Origin: an uncultured Bacillota bacterium
GTDB taxonomy: Bacteria; Bacillota; Clostridia; Christensenellales; UBA1242
Reading direction: 5' to 3'
Length of the DNA stretch: 64,000 bases
Assembly (NCBI GenBank): GCA_938034555.1
Contig: CALHLT010000025.1
Coordinates: 27,469 to 91,468 of the forward strand
The notes beneath the pieces were generated by a model. The model was not told the DNA's origin. It made no database searches and saw only the letters and a program-made list of their open reading frames with translations. This document shows positions 46,232 through 56,775 of the stretch, in pieces. Made by a program: the position numbers and the translations under genes. The number at the start of each line of letters is the position of its first letter. The first letter of the stretch is position 1.

Positions 46232-46735
46232 TTACAATGTAATATTGCTTTTTAACAAAGAAATTATGTCCATGTTTATAATTTTGTTTTTGCCTTGGCG
46301 AATTTCTTCAATGATTTTGTTTCCAACGGCGTAGGCAAATTCATAGTCTTTTTTCGAAATTTTCTTTTGTTTTAACGCGCCCAACAATTCGTCTTCGTTG
46401 TCAAATCTTAAACGGTTTTCGTTTGGATAGTTAACTATGTCCAAATATAAATCAACATAGTATGGAACTTTGTTTCTTTCCCCGTTTTTTAAAGAAATGT
46501 CAACATAGAAATCTATAATTTTGAAATCTTTTGTTATGTAGAAACGAACATTATAGTTGTCATTTTTTGGTGTTACTTCAACAAGATATGAACCATTGTC
46601 AATATAGTTTACAATTTGATTGTTGTTATCTTTAAAAGAAACAGGTTTTGTTAATTTTAAGTATTTTTTTATTGTTAAATAGAAGTCGTCATTATTATTT
46701 ACAACAAGAATTTTATATTCCAAGGCTTCTTTCAT
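46232..46735 (-). CDS. DUF402-like (nucleoside tri/diphosphatase family) protein
   Basis: YYVDLYLDIV....RFDNEDEL pattern resembles the DUF402 core. Confidence 0.5.
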   Translation of the reverse strand: MKEALEYKILVVNNNDDFYLTIKKYLKLTKPVSFKDNNNQIVNYIDNGSYLVEVTPKNDNYNVRFYITKDFKIIDFYVDISLKNGERNKVPYYVDLYLDIVNYPNENRLRFDNEDELLGALKQKKISKKDYEFAYAVGNKIIEEIRQGKNKIINMDIISLLKSNITL

Positions 46736-46819
46736 TGTTTTGTTGGTTGTGAATCTAATTCTTTTTTCTCATGCATTCTCCGTTAAAAATTTATCGTTAT
46801 TTAAAAAATATTAAATAAA

Positions 46820-47152
46820 TTACATTTCAAGTTGAGACGATAGTGCTTGGATTTTTTGAACAACGAATGTTGGAGTTTCGTTAATTACGTCTTGTGTTAT
46901 TGAAATTTTTTTTGTTTGTGCATAGTTTTCAACGCTAAAATTTTTGTTGTTGCAAAACTCAATTGCAAAGTCGAGAATTTCGGTTTTTGTTAATATTTTT
47001 TCTTTGTCAATTATAACAAGATTATGTTCTTTAAAAGTAACATATCCGCGGAAATAGTCCATATCTTCAATGAAAGAATCTTTAATTTTAACTTCCTTTT
47101 TAAATTCTTTCATTGAGTTTTTAAAAAACTTAATCTTCTTAAAATATTTCAT
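46820..47152 (-). CDS. Hypothetical protein
   Basis: 110-aa ORF with a plausible context. No motif recognised. Confidence 0.4.
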   Translation of the reverse strand: MKYFKKIKFFKNSMKEFKKEVKIKDSFIEDMDYFRGYVTFKEHNLVIIDKEKILTKTEILDFAIEFCNNKNFSVENYAQTKKISITQDVINETPTFVVQKIQALSSQLEM

Positions 47153-47345
47153 TGAAACTCCCTATCTTTCGCCAGATGCGCAAGCGTTAACTCCTATATC
47201 AATTATAGTATATAACATTAAGGCATTAAAATGTCAATATGGTTTTTTTGGAATTTTTAAGCGGAAAATGCTTTCTTTAAGCGTTTGACATGAAATTGCA
47301 AAAAAAGCTATAATTAAAAAAGAAATTTAAAGGGAAAAATGGGCT

Positions 47346-48110
47346 ATGGATAAATACATTATTTTTGTTGACATTGACGGAACAATTGCCGAAGTTGGAG
47401 CAAGAAACATTAAGCAATGCATTATTGATGAAATTGAACGATTGAAGCAAATTGGACACATTTTAGTTGTTGCCTCTGGAAGAACTTACAATAACATTAA
47501 ATGTATTAAAGGAATGGAGAGCTTTAACTATATTGGGTCGATGTTTGGAAATATAATTTTTGATGAAAATGAAGATTATGTTGTAACCGGGAAACCAATG
47601 AATGAAACTGATGTTCGAAAAATTGCAGAAATTTCTGAAAAAAGCGGAAGAAGTTTTATTTATAAAACTATGTTTGTTGATAAAACATTTGGAACCGATG
47701 AAAGAATTAGGGCGTTTAATAACGCTGTAAAAGTTTCAAGAGAGGAATTTGAAAAAGACATGGGAAACAACGCGATTTTTCAAATGCTTTGCGTTGGACA
47801 AGTTTTTCCAAACGTTAAAGAAGAATTTAAAAATCTTGAATTTTTCCAAATGCCAGGGAACTATTTTGATATAATTCCAAAAGCAAACACAAAGAAAAAC
47901 ATTGTTAAATATTTTAAAGAGAAATTCCCTGGGTATAAAACAATTGCAATTGGCGATTCCGAAAACGACCTTGCAGCGTTTGAAAACGCCGACATTTCAA
48001 TTGCAATGGGAAATTCAAGCGACGAAATTAAAGCCGCGGCAACTTATGTTACAAAACCGCTTAGCGAAGACGGCTTTGTTTATGCATTTAAAGAAATGTT
48101 AAAACTATAA
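47346..48110 (+). CDS. Cof-type HAD-IIB phosphatase
   Basis: FVDIDGTI (motif I), ASGR, and GDSENDLAAFENADISIAMGNS (motifs III/IV). Confidence 0.85.
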   Translation: MDKYIIFVDIDGTIAEVGARNIKQCIIDEIERLKQIGHILVVASGRTYNNIKCIKGMESFNYIGSMFGNIIFDENEDYVVTGKPMNETDVRKIAEISEKSGRSFIYKTMFVDKTFGTDERIRAFNNAVKVSREEFEKDMGNNAIFQMLCVGQVFPNVKEEFKNLEFFQMPGNYFDIIPKANTKKNIVKYFKEKFPGYKTIAIGDSENDLAAFENADISIAMGNSSDEIKAAATYVTKPLSEDGFVYAFKEMLKL

Positions 48111-48179
48111 TTGTAAGTTTATTTATTTGCTAAGAATTTTAATTTTGATATAATAATCAATATTAAAAAGGATACATGT

Positions 48180-49898
48180 TTGAAAAAATTATTTAGATTT
48201 TTTAAGGGATATAAAAAACAAATGGTGGGGGCGCCCCTGCTTAAGTTTTTTGAAACCGTAACAGACATTGTTATTCCTTTGCTTGTTGCAAACATGATTG
48301 ACATTGGGGTTAAAAACCACGATGTTAAATATATTGCAATTTGGGGTTCTGTTGTTGTTGCGCTTAACATTATTGGAATTGTAAGCGCAATTCTTTGCGC
48401 AAAACTCACGTCAAAAGCATGCTCGGGCGTTAGTTATCAAATGCGCAAAGGGTTATATGAGCATATTAACACATTATCCCATGCCGAACTTGATAAATTT
48501 GGAACGGCATCGCTTAACAACCGCATGACGCATGACGTTTCAAGAATTGAAACCGCGCTTGGAATGTTCTTGCGAACTGTTATGCGAACACCTTTCTTAA
48601 TTATTGGTTCAACTGTTATGGCAATGATAATCGACATAAAACTTTCGCTCTTGTTCCTTGTTGTTGCTCCTTTAATTTTGCTTGTTGTTTTTTTAATTTT
48701 GAAAAAAACAGAGCCGCTTTATGATAAAACTCAAAAAGATTTGGACAAAGTTTCGGAAATAACACGCGAAAACCTTCAAGGCGTTCGCGTTATTCGCGCG
48801 TTTAACAAACAAGACTATGAAGAAGAACGCTTTGCAACAGCGTCGAAAAAACTTAGAAAATCGGCAATTAAAGTTGTTTCAATTTCCTCGCTTATGACTC
48901 CAATAACCGGAACAATAATTAATTTTGCAATCATCGCCGTGATGTGGTTTGGCGGGCTTCAAGTTAACGCTGGAAGTTTAAGTCAAGGTCAAATTATTGC
49001 GTTTGTTAACTATCTTCTTCAAATTTCGGCGGCTCTTGTTTCGCTTGCAAATTTGATTATTGCGTTTATTAAAGCGTTTAACTGCGCAAACAGAATTAAC
49101 GAGGTTTTCGAAACAAAACCTTCGGTTGTTGAAACAAACAAAAACGAAATTATTATTGATGTTAATAAAGATGTTCCAAAAATTGAATTTAAAAACGTAA
49201 GTTTTTCCTATTCAAATTCTTCAAAGACCGCCGTTAAAAATTTAAGTTTTAAAGCATATGCGGGCGACACAATTGGAATTATTGGCGGAACAGGAAGCGG
49301 AAAAAGCAGCGTTATCAACCTAATTCCAAGATTTTACGACGCAACAAGCGGGAAAATTTTGATTGACGGAATTGATGTTAAGGACTATTCTTTTGCCCAG
49401 CTTCGCGGAAAAATTGGAATTGTTCCTCAAAAAGCGGTTTTGTTTAAGGGAACGCTTAAAGAAAATTTGCTATGGCGAAAAAAAGACGCTTCAATTGAAG
49501 AAATTCAAAAAGCGCTTAAAGTTTCGCAAAGCGAAGAGTTTGTTAAAGAACTTCCCGACAAATTTAACTTTAAAGTTCAAGCCGGCGGGAAAAACCTTTC
49601 GGGAGGGCAGCGTCAACGCTTAACAATTGCAAGAGCGATTGTTGGCGACCCTGAAATTTTGATTTTGGACGACAGCGCTTCCGCCTTAGATTTTGCAACA
49701 GATGCCGCGCTTCGAAAAGCGCTTAAAGACGAAATTAATTCAACCGTGATTTTGGTTTCGCAAAGGGCAAACACCGTTCGAAATGCAAACTTAATTATCG
49801 TTATGGAAAACGGAAATATTGTTGGAATGGGAACGCACAAAGAACTTATGGAAAACTGTTCGGTCTATCAAGAAATCTATTCATCTCAAACAAAATAA
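48180..49898 (+). CDS. ABC exporter permease/ATPase subunit (heterodimer partner 1)
   Basis: TTG start. Six-TM domain followed by GGTGSGKSS, LSGGQRQR and ILILDDSASALD. Confidence 0.9.
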   Translation: MKKLFRFFKGYKKQMVGAPLLKFFETVTDIVIPLLVANMIDIGVKNHDVKYIAIWGSVVVALNIIGIVSAILCAKLTSKACSGVSYQMRKGLYEHINTLSHAELDKFGTASLNNRMTHDVSRIETALGMFLRTVMRTPFLIIGSTVMAMIIDIKLSLLFLVVAPLILLVVFLILKKTEPLYDKTQKDLDKVSEITRENLQGVRVIRAFNKQDYEEERFATASKKLRKSAIKVVSISSLMTPITGTIINFAIIAVMWFGGLQVNAGSLSQGQIIAFVNYLLQISAALVSLANLIIAFIKAFNCANRINEVFETKPSVVETNKNEIIIDVNKDVPKIEFKNVSFSYSNSSKTAVKNLSFKAYAGDTIGIIGGTGSGKSSVINLIPRFYDATSGKILIDGIDVKDYSFAQLRGKIGIVPQKAVLFKGTLKENLLWRKKDASIEEIQKALKVSQSEEFVKELPDKFNFKVQAGGKNLSGGQRQRLTIARAIVGDPEILILDDSASALDFATDAALRKALKDEINSTVILVSQRANTVRNANLIIVMENGNIVGMGTHKELMENCSVYQEIYSSQTK

Positions 49899-49968
49899 CG
49901 AAAAAATTGCTTAAAAACGCAAAAAAAACACTAAAAATTAAAGTCGAAAGCCAAAAAGGAGAAATAAG

Positions 49969-51978
49969 TTGGCAAAAAAAGAAACTGAAATTAAAAGAAC
50001 AAAAGCGCAGGAACGCGAGTTTAGAAAACTTCAAAAAGCAATTGCGGCTTTGCCAAAGCCTTCTTTTAACAACCCAGAAAAAATTCAGCCCGCGAAAGAT
50101 GTCAACGTTCCAAGCATTATTCCTGCGGCAATCAACAGCCCTGCGATTTCAAGCGAAGAAAAAGCTCAAAAAATTGCTGATGTGCCTTTAATTTTAGACA
50201 CAAATGCCAAACGAATTGAAAGCGTTGCAAGAATTCGAAAACCAAAAGCAAAATCAACAATTCTTCGAACTCTTGGCTACTTGAAAAAACATTGGTATTT
50301 GCTTGTCCTTGCAATTTTGTTTGCAGCAATCAACTCCGTCTTCGAAATTTTCATTCCAATTTTAATTGGTAAAACAATCGACCATATTGTTGGGGCGGGC
50401 GAAGTTCAATTTGAAATTATTGCTAAATATATTGGCTACCTTTCAATTTGTGTTGTTGGGTTTGCAGTTTTCAAATGGCTTTTGTCGAGAGTGTCAAACG
50501 GTTTGTCCTATCGCGTTGAACAACAACTTCATAACGATATTTTCCAAAAATTTAATAAAGTTCCGCTTAAATATATCGATAATTCAAGCCATGGCGACTT
50601 GCAAAGTCGTATGGTTAACGACGTTGATTTAATAACCGACGGGTTCGTCCTTGGCCTAACAACTTTCTTCGACGCCCTCGCAACTGTTGTTTTAACGCTT
50701 GTTTTCATGATAAGAATTAATGTCACAATTTCAGTTGTTATAATTTGCGTAACTCCAATTTCAATTGTTGTTGCAGTTATAATTGCAAAACTTTGCCATA
50801 AACTTTTCAGAAAACAGGCAAAAGCCGTTGGCGATCTTTCTGGAACGCTTGTTGAAATGGTTGGAAATCAAAAAATTGTTAAAGGCTTTTTATATGAAGA
50901 CCGTTCAATTGAAAAATTCGACGAAATTAACACAAAACTTAAAAATGTTAACGAAAAAGCAATGTATTATTCGTCGCTTTCCGCGCCAATTGCAAGATTT
51001 ATTAACGGGCTGTTATATGCAACCGTTGCAATAATGGGGTGCTTATTTGCGCTTAAAGGAAACATGTCGATTGGTGATATCTCTGTTTTGCTTTCCTTTG
51101 CAAATAAATATACAAGACCATATAACGACATTGCCGATGTTTTTGCCGACCTTCAAGCAGCCTATGCTTCCGCGGTTCGTGTTTTCAACGTTTTGGACAT
51201 TAAAAACGAAGTTAGCGATGTTGGACTTCCAGAAATTAAACACTGCACGGGCGAAGTTGATTTCGAAAATGTTGATTTTTCCTACACTGCGGATAAAAAA
51301 CTAATTCAAAACCTCAACTTGCATGTTAAAAAAGGACAAAAAGTTGCAATTGTTGGCCCAACCGGCTGCGGGAAAAGCACGCTTATCAACTTACTTATGC
51401 GCTTTTACGACGTTGATAAGGGTGAAATCATTGTTAGCGGACATCCAATTAAAGAAGTTACGCGAAAAAGTTTAAGAGAGCAGTATGGAATGGTGCTTCA
51501 AGAAACTTGGCTCTTTTCTGCCTCAATTCGCGATAATATTGCCTATGGAAAAACAAACGCAACCGATGCGGAAGTTAAACGCGCCGCACGCCTTGCCGGG
51601 GCAGATTTCTTTATTCAAACAATGCCAGAAGGCTATAACACAATCATAAACGAGAATGGCGACAACCTGTCGCAAGGTCAAAAACAACTTATTTGCATTG
51701 CGCGCCTTATGCTTGCAAAACCTCCAATTTTAATTTTGGACGAGGCAACAAGCAACATCGACACTCGAACCGAACTTGCAATTCAAAGCGCGTTCGATAA
51801 GATGATGAAAGGAAAAACAAGTTTCATCGTTGCCCACCGCCTTTCAACAATTGTTTCTGCGGATTTAATTCTTGTTATGAACAAAGGAAATATAATTGAG
51901 CAAGGAACCCATAAACAACTCCTTGCCCAAAAAGGTTTCTACTATAATCTTTATAACAGCCAGTTCAGCAGATATTAA
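49969..51978 (+). CDS. ABC exporter permease/ATPase subunit (heterodimer partner 2) with ~95-aa N-terminal extension
   Basis: GPTGCGKST, LSQGQKQL and ILILDEATSNID. A K/A/P-rich segment precedes the first TM helix. Confidence 0.9.
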   Translation: MAKKETEIKRTKAQEREFRKLQKAIAALPKPSFNNPEKIQPAKDVNVPSIIPAAINSPAISSEEKAQKIADVPLILDTNAKRIESVARIRKPKAKSTILRTLGYLKKHWYLLVLAILFAAINSVFEIFIPILIGKTIDHIVGAGEVQFEIIAKYIGYLSICVVGFAVFKWLLSRVSNGLSYRVEQQLHNDIFQKFNKVPLKYIDNSSHGDLQSRMVNDVDLITDGFVLGLTTFFDALATVVLTLVFMIRINVTISVVIICVTPISIVVAVIIAKLCHKLFRKQAKAVGDLSGTLVEMVGNQKIVKGFLYEDRSIEKFDEINTKLKNVNEKAMYYSSLSAPIARFINGLLYATVAIMGCLFALKGNMSIGDISVLLSFANKYTRPYNDIADVFADLQAAYASAVRVFNVLDIKNEVSDVGLPEIKHCTGEVDFENVDFSYTADKKLIQNLNLHVKKGQKVAIVGPTGCGKSTLINLLMRFYDVDKGEIIVSGHPIKEVTRKSLREQYGMVLQETWLFSASIRDNIAYGKTNATDAEVKRAARLAGADFFIQTMPEGYNTIINENGDNLSQGQKQLICIARLMLAKPPILILDEATSNIDTRTELAIQSAFDKMMKGKTSFIVAHRLSTIVSADLILVMNKGNIIEQGTHKQLLAQKGFYYNLYNSQFSRY

Positions 51979-52330
51979 ATTACCTTGCTTTGTTTATAAC
52001 GAAAAAAGGTTGCTTGAAAATTTGTGAATTATATAACAAAACAAGGTAAGAATTCTTAAATTTCAAAAAATTTTTGGCTCTTTTCGCGCTTTTTCGACAA
52101 GTTTGTTTGGGTAATTTAAACAAAACTTTAAATGTAAATTTAAAATTGAAATTGCTTAAAAGCGCCTAAATTTGGGGCAAAAAATTAATATGCTTAAATC
52201 TTTTAAAAATTTTTAATGTCGAATTTTAAAGAATTAAAAAATATTTTTAGAAAATGTGTGAAAATGTTTTGAAATTTTGGGAATGCTAAGTATAATAATA
52301 AGGAAATCTAAAAAAGGAGGGGGTGACGAT

Positions 52331-52846
52331 ATGAAGTTAAAAGCTAAGTTGATCTCAACAATCGCTGCATTCGCAATGGTTCTTTGCTTAACAATCGTTG
52401 GTGTTTGGGCTGCTGCATCTGTAACAGTTAATGTAACAGGTAATGTTACATACACCGCTGAAGATGTTGACGCAACTGTAACTGGAACAATCACAGGTGT
52501 TGTTGGAGCAGAAACAAAAACATATTCAGTAACTTTCAATGCTACTGAACCAAAAACTGCTGACACTTGGGCTCTTGGTGACATTGTTTTTGAAAAAGGT
52601 CAAGATGTTGTTATTACTTTAAATGTAAAGAATAATTCAACTGAAAGAAGCCTTAAAGCTGAAATTGCTAACAACAGCGCTGCAACAGGAACTAACACAA
52701 CAGCTACTTTAGGTGTAACAACACCTACTACAATCAATGCTGGCGACAATGCAGACCTTACATTCACAATCCATGTTGTAGATTGGAATAAAGCTGCAAG
52801 TTATGAAATTAACCTTGGGTTAACACTTACAAATGTTGCTGCTTAG
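52331..52846 (+). CDS. Secreted TasA/camelysin-like protein with SipW-type signal peptide (candidate)
   Basis: ATG after AAGGAGGGGG. Signal MKLKAKLISTIAAFAMVLCLTIVGVWAAAS, then a T/V/N-rich beta-type sequence. A SipW-like peptidase gene lies immediately downstream. Confidence 0.5.
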   Translation: MKLKAKLISTIAAFAMVLCLTIVGVWAAASVTVNVTGNVTYTAEDVDATVTGTITGVVGAETKTYSVTFNATEPKTADTWALGDIVFEKGQDVVITLNVKNNSTERSLKAEIANNSAATGTNTTATLGVTTPTTINAGDNADLTFTIHVVDWNKAASYEINLGLTLTNVAA

Positions 52847-53133
52847 TCACTGAATTGAAAAAGAGTTATTTTAAGTCTATTAAATAAAATCTTTATTTAT
52901 GGCTTGAAATAGCTCTTTATTCAATTTATTACTAATTCACTTTTAAAAAGCAAACTATTAATTAAATTAAGAACAAATAAATTTTGGATTATAAAAACAC
53001 TTTAAATTTTAACTGTTATAGAGCAGACCTATTAATTTGAAAACAACCAATTAAAATTTCTTTGAAAATTGGATTAAATAATATATAATATAAAAGAGAA
53101 AAATAAATTAGATCAATTTAAAGAAGGGGGAAA

Positions 53134-53847
53134 ATGAAAAGACTTTCGAAAGCATTTAACATTGTTACCGACGTTATTTTCTTTTTGGTTATGATTCTTT
53201 TAGTCATATACCTTGTTATTTCATTTTCTGCTAAATTCTCAAATGGTGTTCCTTCCTATTTTGGCTATTCCTATGTTCGCGTTATGTCGAATTCGATGAA
53301 GGCAAGCGGAATTAACAAAGGGGACATTGTTGTTTTAAAAAGAGTTTATGTTTCCGAACTTAAAGAAGGAGATGTTATTGCCTACTATTTCTATGACGGA
53401 CCTAGCCCAAATTTCACAGGGCAACCTTCCGAAAACCCATTAGATTTTAAAACAAATCAAGAGGCTCATAAAACAACAATAATTTTCCACCAAATTGCTT
53501 ATAAGAAAGTTGATAAGGACGGAAATACTTGGTTCAAAACTTACGGAACAAGCAACGTAACAGAAACGGGCGATCCAATTTACGATCCATGGGTTCGCGC
53601 CGACTATGTTATTGGAATCTACACTCAAAGCAGCGTTGCAACGTTCATTAAATTTCTGACATCAACAACAGGAATTATTGTTGTTGTTGTTGTTCCTTCG
53701 GCGGTTGTTTGCTTAATGCTCCTTTTCAGCATGATCGACACAATCGACAAAATGATGAAGATGAAAAAACTTGCAGCAGCGCTTCCAACAACGGCAGGGC
53801 TTATCGACGAAGAAAATCAACAAAAAGAAAGCAAAGAAGACGACTAA
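53134..53847 (+). CDS. sipW: Signal peptidase I, SipW (archaeal/ER) type
   Basis: N-terminal TM helix, catalytic Ser in VMSNSMKASGINKGDIVVLK, His in IIFHQIAY, and the C-terminal TM helix characteristic of SipW. Confidence 0.7.
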   Translation: MKRLSKAFNIVTDVIFFLVMILLVIYLVISFSAKFSNGVPSYFGYSYVRVMSNSMKASGINKGDIVVLKRVYVSELKEGDVIAYYFYDGPSPNFTGQPSENPLDFKTNQEAHKTTIIFHQIAYKKVDKDGNTWFKTYGTSNVTETGDPIYDPWVRADYVIGIYTQSSVATFIKFLTSTTGIIVVVVVPSAVVCLMLLFSMIDTIDKMMKMKKLAAALPTTAGLIDEENQQKESKEDD

Positions 53848-54199
53848 TTTAACAGCAAAAAATTAGCAACAAAAATCAAAAAAACGCTTGAAATCAAGCG
53901 TTTTTTTGTTTGAGGCAAAAAAGGGAAAAATATTAAAAAGGAAATTGTCAACTTAATTTTTGCAATTGTCAATTTAACAAAATGAATTATTAACTTAAAT
54001 TTCTTAAATGTTATTTTAGCGAGAAGAATTATAAGTCTAATTTACAATTCATTTTTAAGCAATTTTTTGTTTTTTTGGGAGTTATTAGAGCGCGAGGAGT
54101 TCGAAATTTGATGCGGAACAGGGGCAACTTAAAATCTCTTTTAAATTTATTTTGAAAATAGATAAATTAAATATATAATATATTATATAAGGAAAGAAA

Positions 54200-54787
54200 A
54201 TGAACTATAAAGAACAATTTGAAAAAATTTTTAAGGAAAACATAAAGCGCGAAGGGGCGGACAAACTTTTGGAGTGGCTTGAAAAAAGCGATTTTTTCAC
54301 TGCGCCAGCGTCAACAAAATTCCACAGCGCTCATGAGGGCGGGCTTTGCGAGCACAGTGTTAAAGTTTATCACAGATATTTAAACTTAATTAAAAATGAG
54401 TTTGGCGAAAATTTTGAAGAAAAAATTTCGAAAGAGAGCATTGCGCTTGTTTCGCTTTGTCATGATGTTTGCAAGGTTAACACATATAAAATTGAATATC
54501 GAAATGTTAAAGAAAACGGAACGTGGGTTCAAAAACCATACTATGCCGTTGACGACAAATTGCCATATGGTCACGGCGAAAAATCTGTTTACATAATCAA
54601 CGGGTTCACGCGGCTTTCTCGCGAGGAGGCGCTTGCAATTAACTGGCACATGGGCGCGTTTGATGTTCGCGTTCAAGGCGGAAGTTATTCGCTTAAAGAT
54701 GCTTTCTTAACCTATCCAACCGCACTTCTTTTGCACATTGCCGATGTTATGGCAACATACATGGACGAGGAGCAAGGTTCGAATTAA
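54200..54787 (+). CDS. HD-domain phosphohydrolase
   Basis: H...HSAHEGGLCEHS...LCHDVCK...GHGEKS metal-ligand pattern. Confidence 0.7.
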   Translation: MNYKEQFEKIFKENIKREGADKLLEWLEKSDFFTAPASTKFHSAHEGGLCEHSVKVYHRYLNLIKNEFGENFEEKISKESIALVSLCHDVCKVNTYKIEYRNVKENGTWVQKPYYAVDDKLPYGHGEKSVYIINGFTRLSREEALAINWHMGAFDVRVQGGSYSLKDAFLTYPTALLLHIADVMATYMDEEQGSN

Positions 54788-54873
54788 TTGCAAAAATCAA
54801 TCAAATTTTTGAAAACTTTGGGCAATCCAAGTTTTTTCTTTTCAAATGGAAATTAATGTGATACAATTTAGTT

Positions 54874-55779
54874 ATGAAATTCTTTAAGAAACATAAAAAG
54901 GCAACAATAATTTGCTCAATCGTTTTTGTTTTATTGATTATTTTAGTGATTTTGATGTTCACTGTTTTTTCGCTTAAAGATGTTGAAGTTGAACTTAAAA
55001 CAGGAACTGAACATTTAACGCAAGAGGTTGTTTCGGAAATTGAGGATGAAGCGCTTAAAACTGGCGGTTCGGTTTTGTTTTTGGGAAAAGAAAAACTTAT
55101 TTCGCGTCTTGAAAAGCAATTTCCATATTTAAAAATTGTTAACATTGAAACGCAAATTCCAAACAAACTTGTTATTCATGCGGCGGAAAGGGAAGAACTT
55201 TTTGCTGTTAACTCTGGCGAAAAGTCATATTTCTTGGACGAAGAGTTTAAGATTTTGCGCGTTGAAAATTCAAACTATTCCAAACAAGAAAACGGCGCGG
55301 TTTTGCTTTCGTTTGGAAGCGTGTTTATTGACACGGAGGACAAGGCATATGCTGCGGGTGTTGACCTTAAACTTGACGGCGCAGAGGCGGGGCAAACTTT
55401 AAACATTGGGAATTCAAGCGAAGAAGAAAACTATTTTTCGAAAAAACTTGAAACAATTTCGCTTTCAATTTTAACCTCTTTTGAGGAAAACGGGCTTCAA
55501 ATTCAAGATGTTCGAAGCAGATTCCAAAGTTTTGAAATTTTCTTTAAGCCAATTGAAATTGCAAACACAATTTCGTGGCAACCATGTTTAAAAATTGTTG
55601 ACGGCGCAAATTTTGAGGTGCAAATCATTTTGGCAGATTCAAACTTAACCGAAAAAATTGGAACATATAACCAAGCAATTTCGGCTGCTTCGAAAAATCC
55701 AAATCTTCTTGTTAACAAAGTTCTTTATGTTTTTGAAAACAGCAATAATGAATTTGCCTATTCATTTTTAGATAAGTAA
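54874..55779 (+). CDS. FtsQ/DivIB-like cell division protein (candidate)
   Basis: Single N-terminal TM helix followed by a POTRA-like LKDVEVELKTGTEHLTQEEV segment. Position is immediately upstream of ftsA-ftsZ. Confidence 0.5.
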   Translation: MKFFKKHKKATIICSIVFVLLIILVILMFTVFSLKDVEVELKTGTEHLTQEVVSEIEDEALKTGGSVLFLGKEKLISRLEKQFPYLKIVNIETQIPNKLVIHAAEREELFAVNSGEKSYFLDEEFKILRVENSNYSKQENGAVLLSFGSVFIDTEDKAYAAGVDLKLDGAEAGQTLNIGNSSEEENYFSKKLETISLSILTSFEENGLQIQDVRSRFQSFEIFFKPIEIANTISWQPCLKIVDGANFEVQIILADSNLTEKIGTYNQAISAASKNPNLLVNKVLYVFENSNNEFAYSFLDK

Positions 55780-55935
55780 TTTTGAGGAGGCTTTAAATAC
55801 ATCTATTCGGTGCTTTCCTTGTTTATTGAGGGGTTTAAAAGTCTTTGCACGTTTCATCTTTTTTTCTAGATTTAAAAATAATGATTGACGAAGAGAAAGT
55901 TAAGGTATATAATTAAATTAATTAAGGAGAAAAAT

Positions 55936-56649
55936 ATGAAAAAATTTTTGTTATCATTTTTAACATTAATTCTTGCTGGGGCGATGGTTGTTGCTCTTAT
56001 ATTACCTCTTGCATCGGTTCAAACAAAGAATAAAGAAACCGGGAATGAGGGCGCTCAATTTGCTCAAAGCATAACTATGATGGATTTCATTCAAAGCCTT
56101 TTTGCAAATGATGAAAAGAAAGAAGATGCAGAAAAACAACTTATTGCTAAAACAACAGAAGTAACTAAAGAAGTTAACAAGGAAGTTGCTGACGGAACTG
56201 TTAAAGCAGAGGACACTGCAAAAGAAATTGCAACTCGTGTTCAAAATTCAAAGGAAATGGCTCTTCGCGACACATACAACTTTGCAACAGAAGAAAGTCT
56301 TGCTGTTCCATATGGAATTTCAGGCGACGAAAACTTGATTGTTAAAACAAAAACAGTTGGCGGGCTTTCAATTGCGTTTATTGCTTGTGTTGGATTGGTT
56401 GTTGTTCTTAACGCTTTAACATTAATTATTAACAGTTCGAAACTTAGAGGGCTTGGCTCGTTCTTCACTTTCCTTGCTTGCGGACTTAGCATTGCAATTG
56501 TTGTTCTTTTGGAAGTTGCATTCAGCGCAACAGGACTTATTAATGTTCTCTTTGCAAAAGTTAAATGGTTTGGCTACATTATTATTGCATACACTGCAAT
56601 GTACTTCGTTCTTAGATTGCTTGTTAACAACAAATTAAAGAAAATGTAA
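55936..56649 (+). CDS. Membrane protein, function unknown
   Basis: ATG after AAGGAGA. N-terminal TM helix and three C-terminal TM helices. Confidence 0.5.
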   Translation: MKKFLLSFLTLILAGAMVVALILPLASVQTKNKETGNEGAQFAQSITMMDFIQSLFANDEKKEDAEKQLIAKTTEVTKEVNKEVADGTVKAEDTAKEIATRVQNSKEMALRDTYNFATEESLAVPYGISGDENLIVKTKTVGGLSIAFIACVGLVVVLNALTLIINSSKLRGLGSFFTFLACGLSIAIVVLLEVAFSATGLINVLFAKVKWFGYIIIAYTAMYFVLRLLVNNKLKKM

Positions 56650-56775
56650 TTTAAATTTTTCAAATTTCTAAAAAAACAGTTGACTTTCTCAACTGTTTTT
56701 TTTATAATTATAAAAAAATTGATTAAATATACATAATCAGTTTTAACAAAAGAAACACCAAGGAGAATTGCTAAG

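Noticed and set aside
52234-52584. 116-aa ORF antisense to the TasA-like gene.
   Set aside because: It mirrors the T/V/A-rich sense gene, which has a strong RBS and a signal peptide. The antisense frame has neither.
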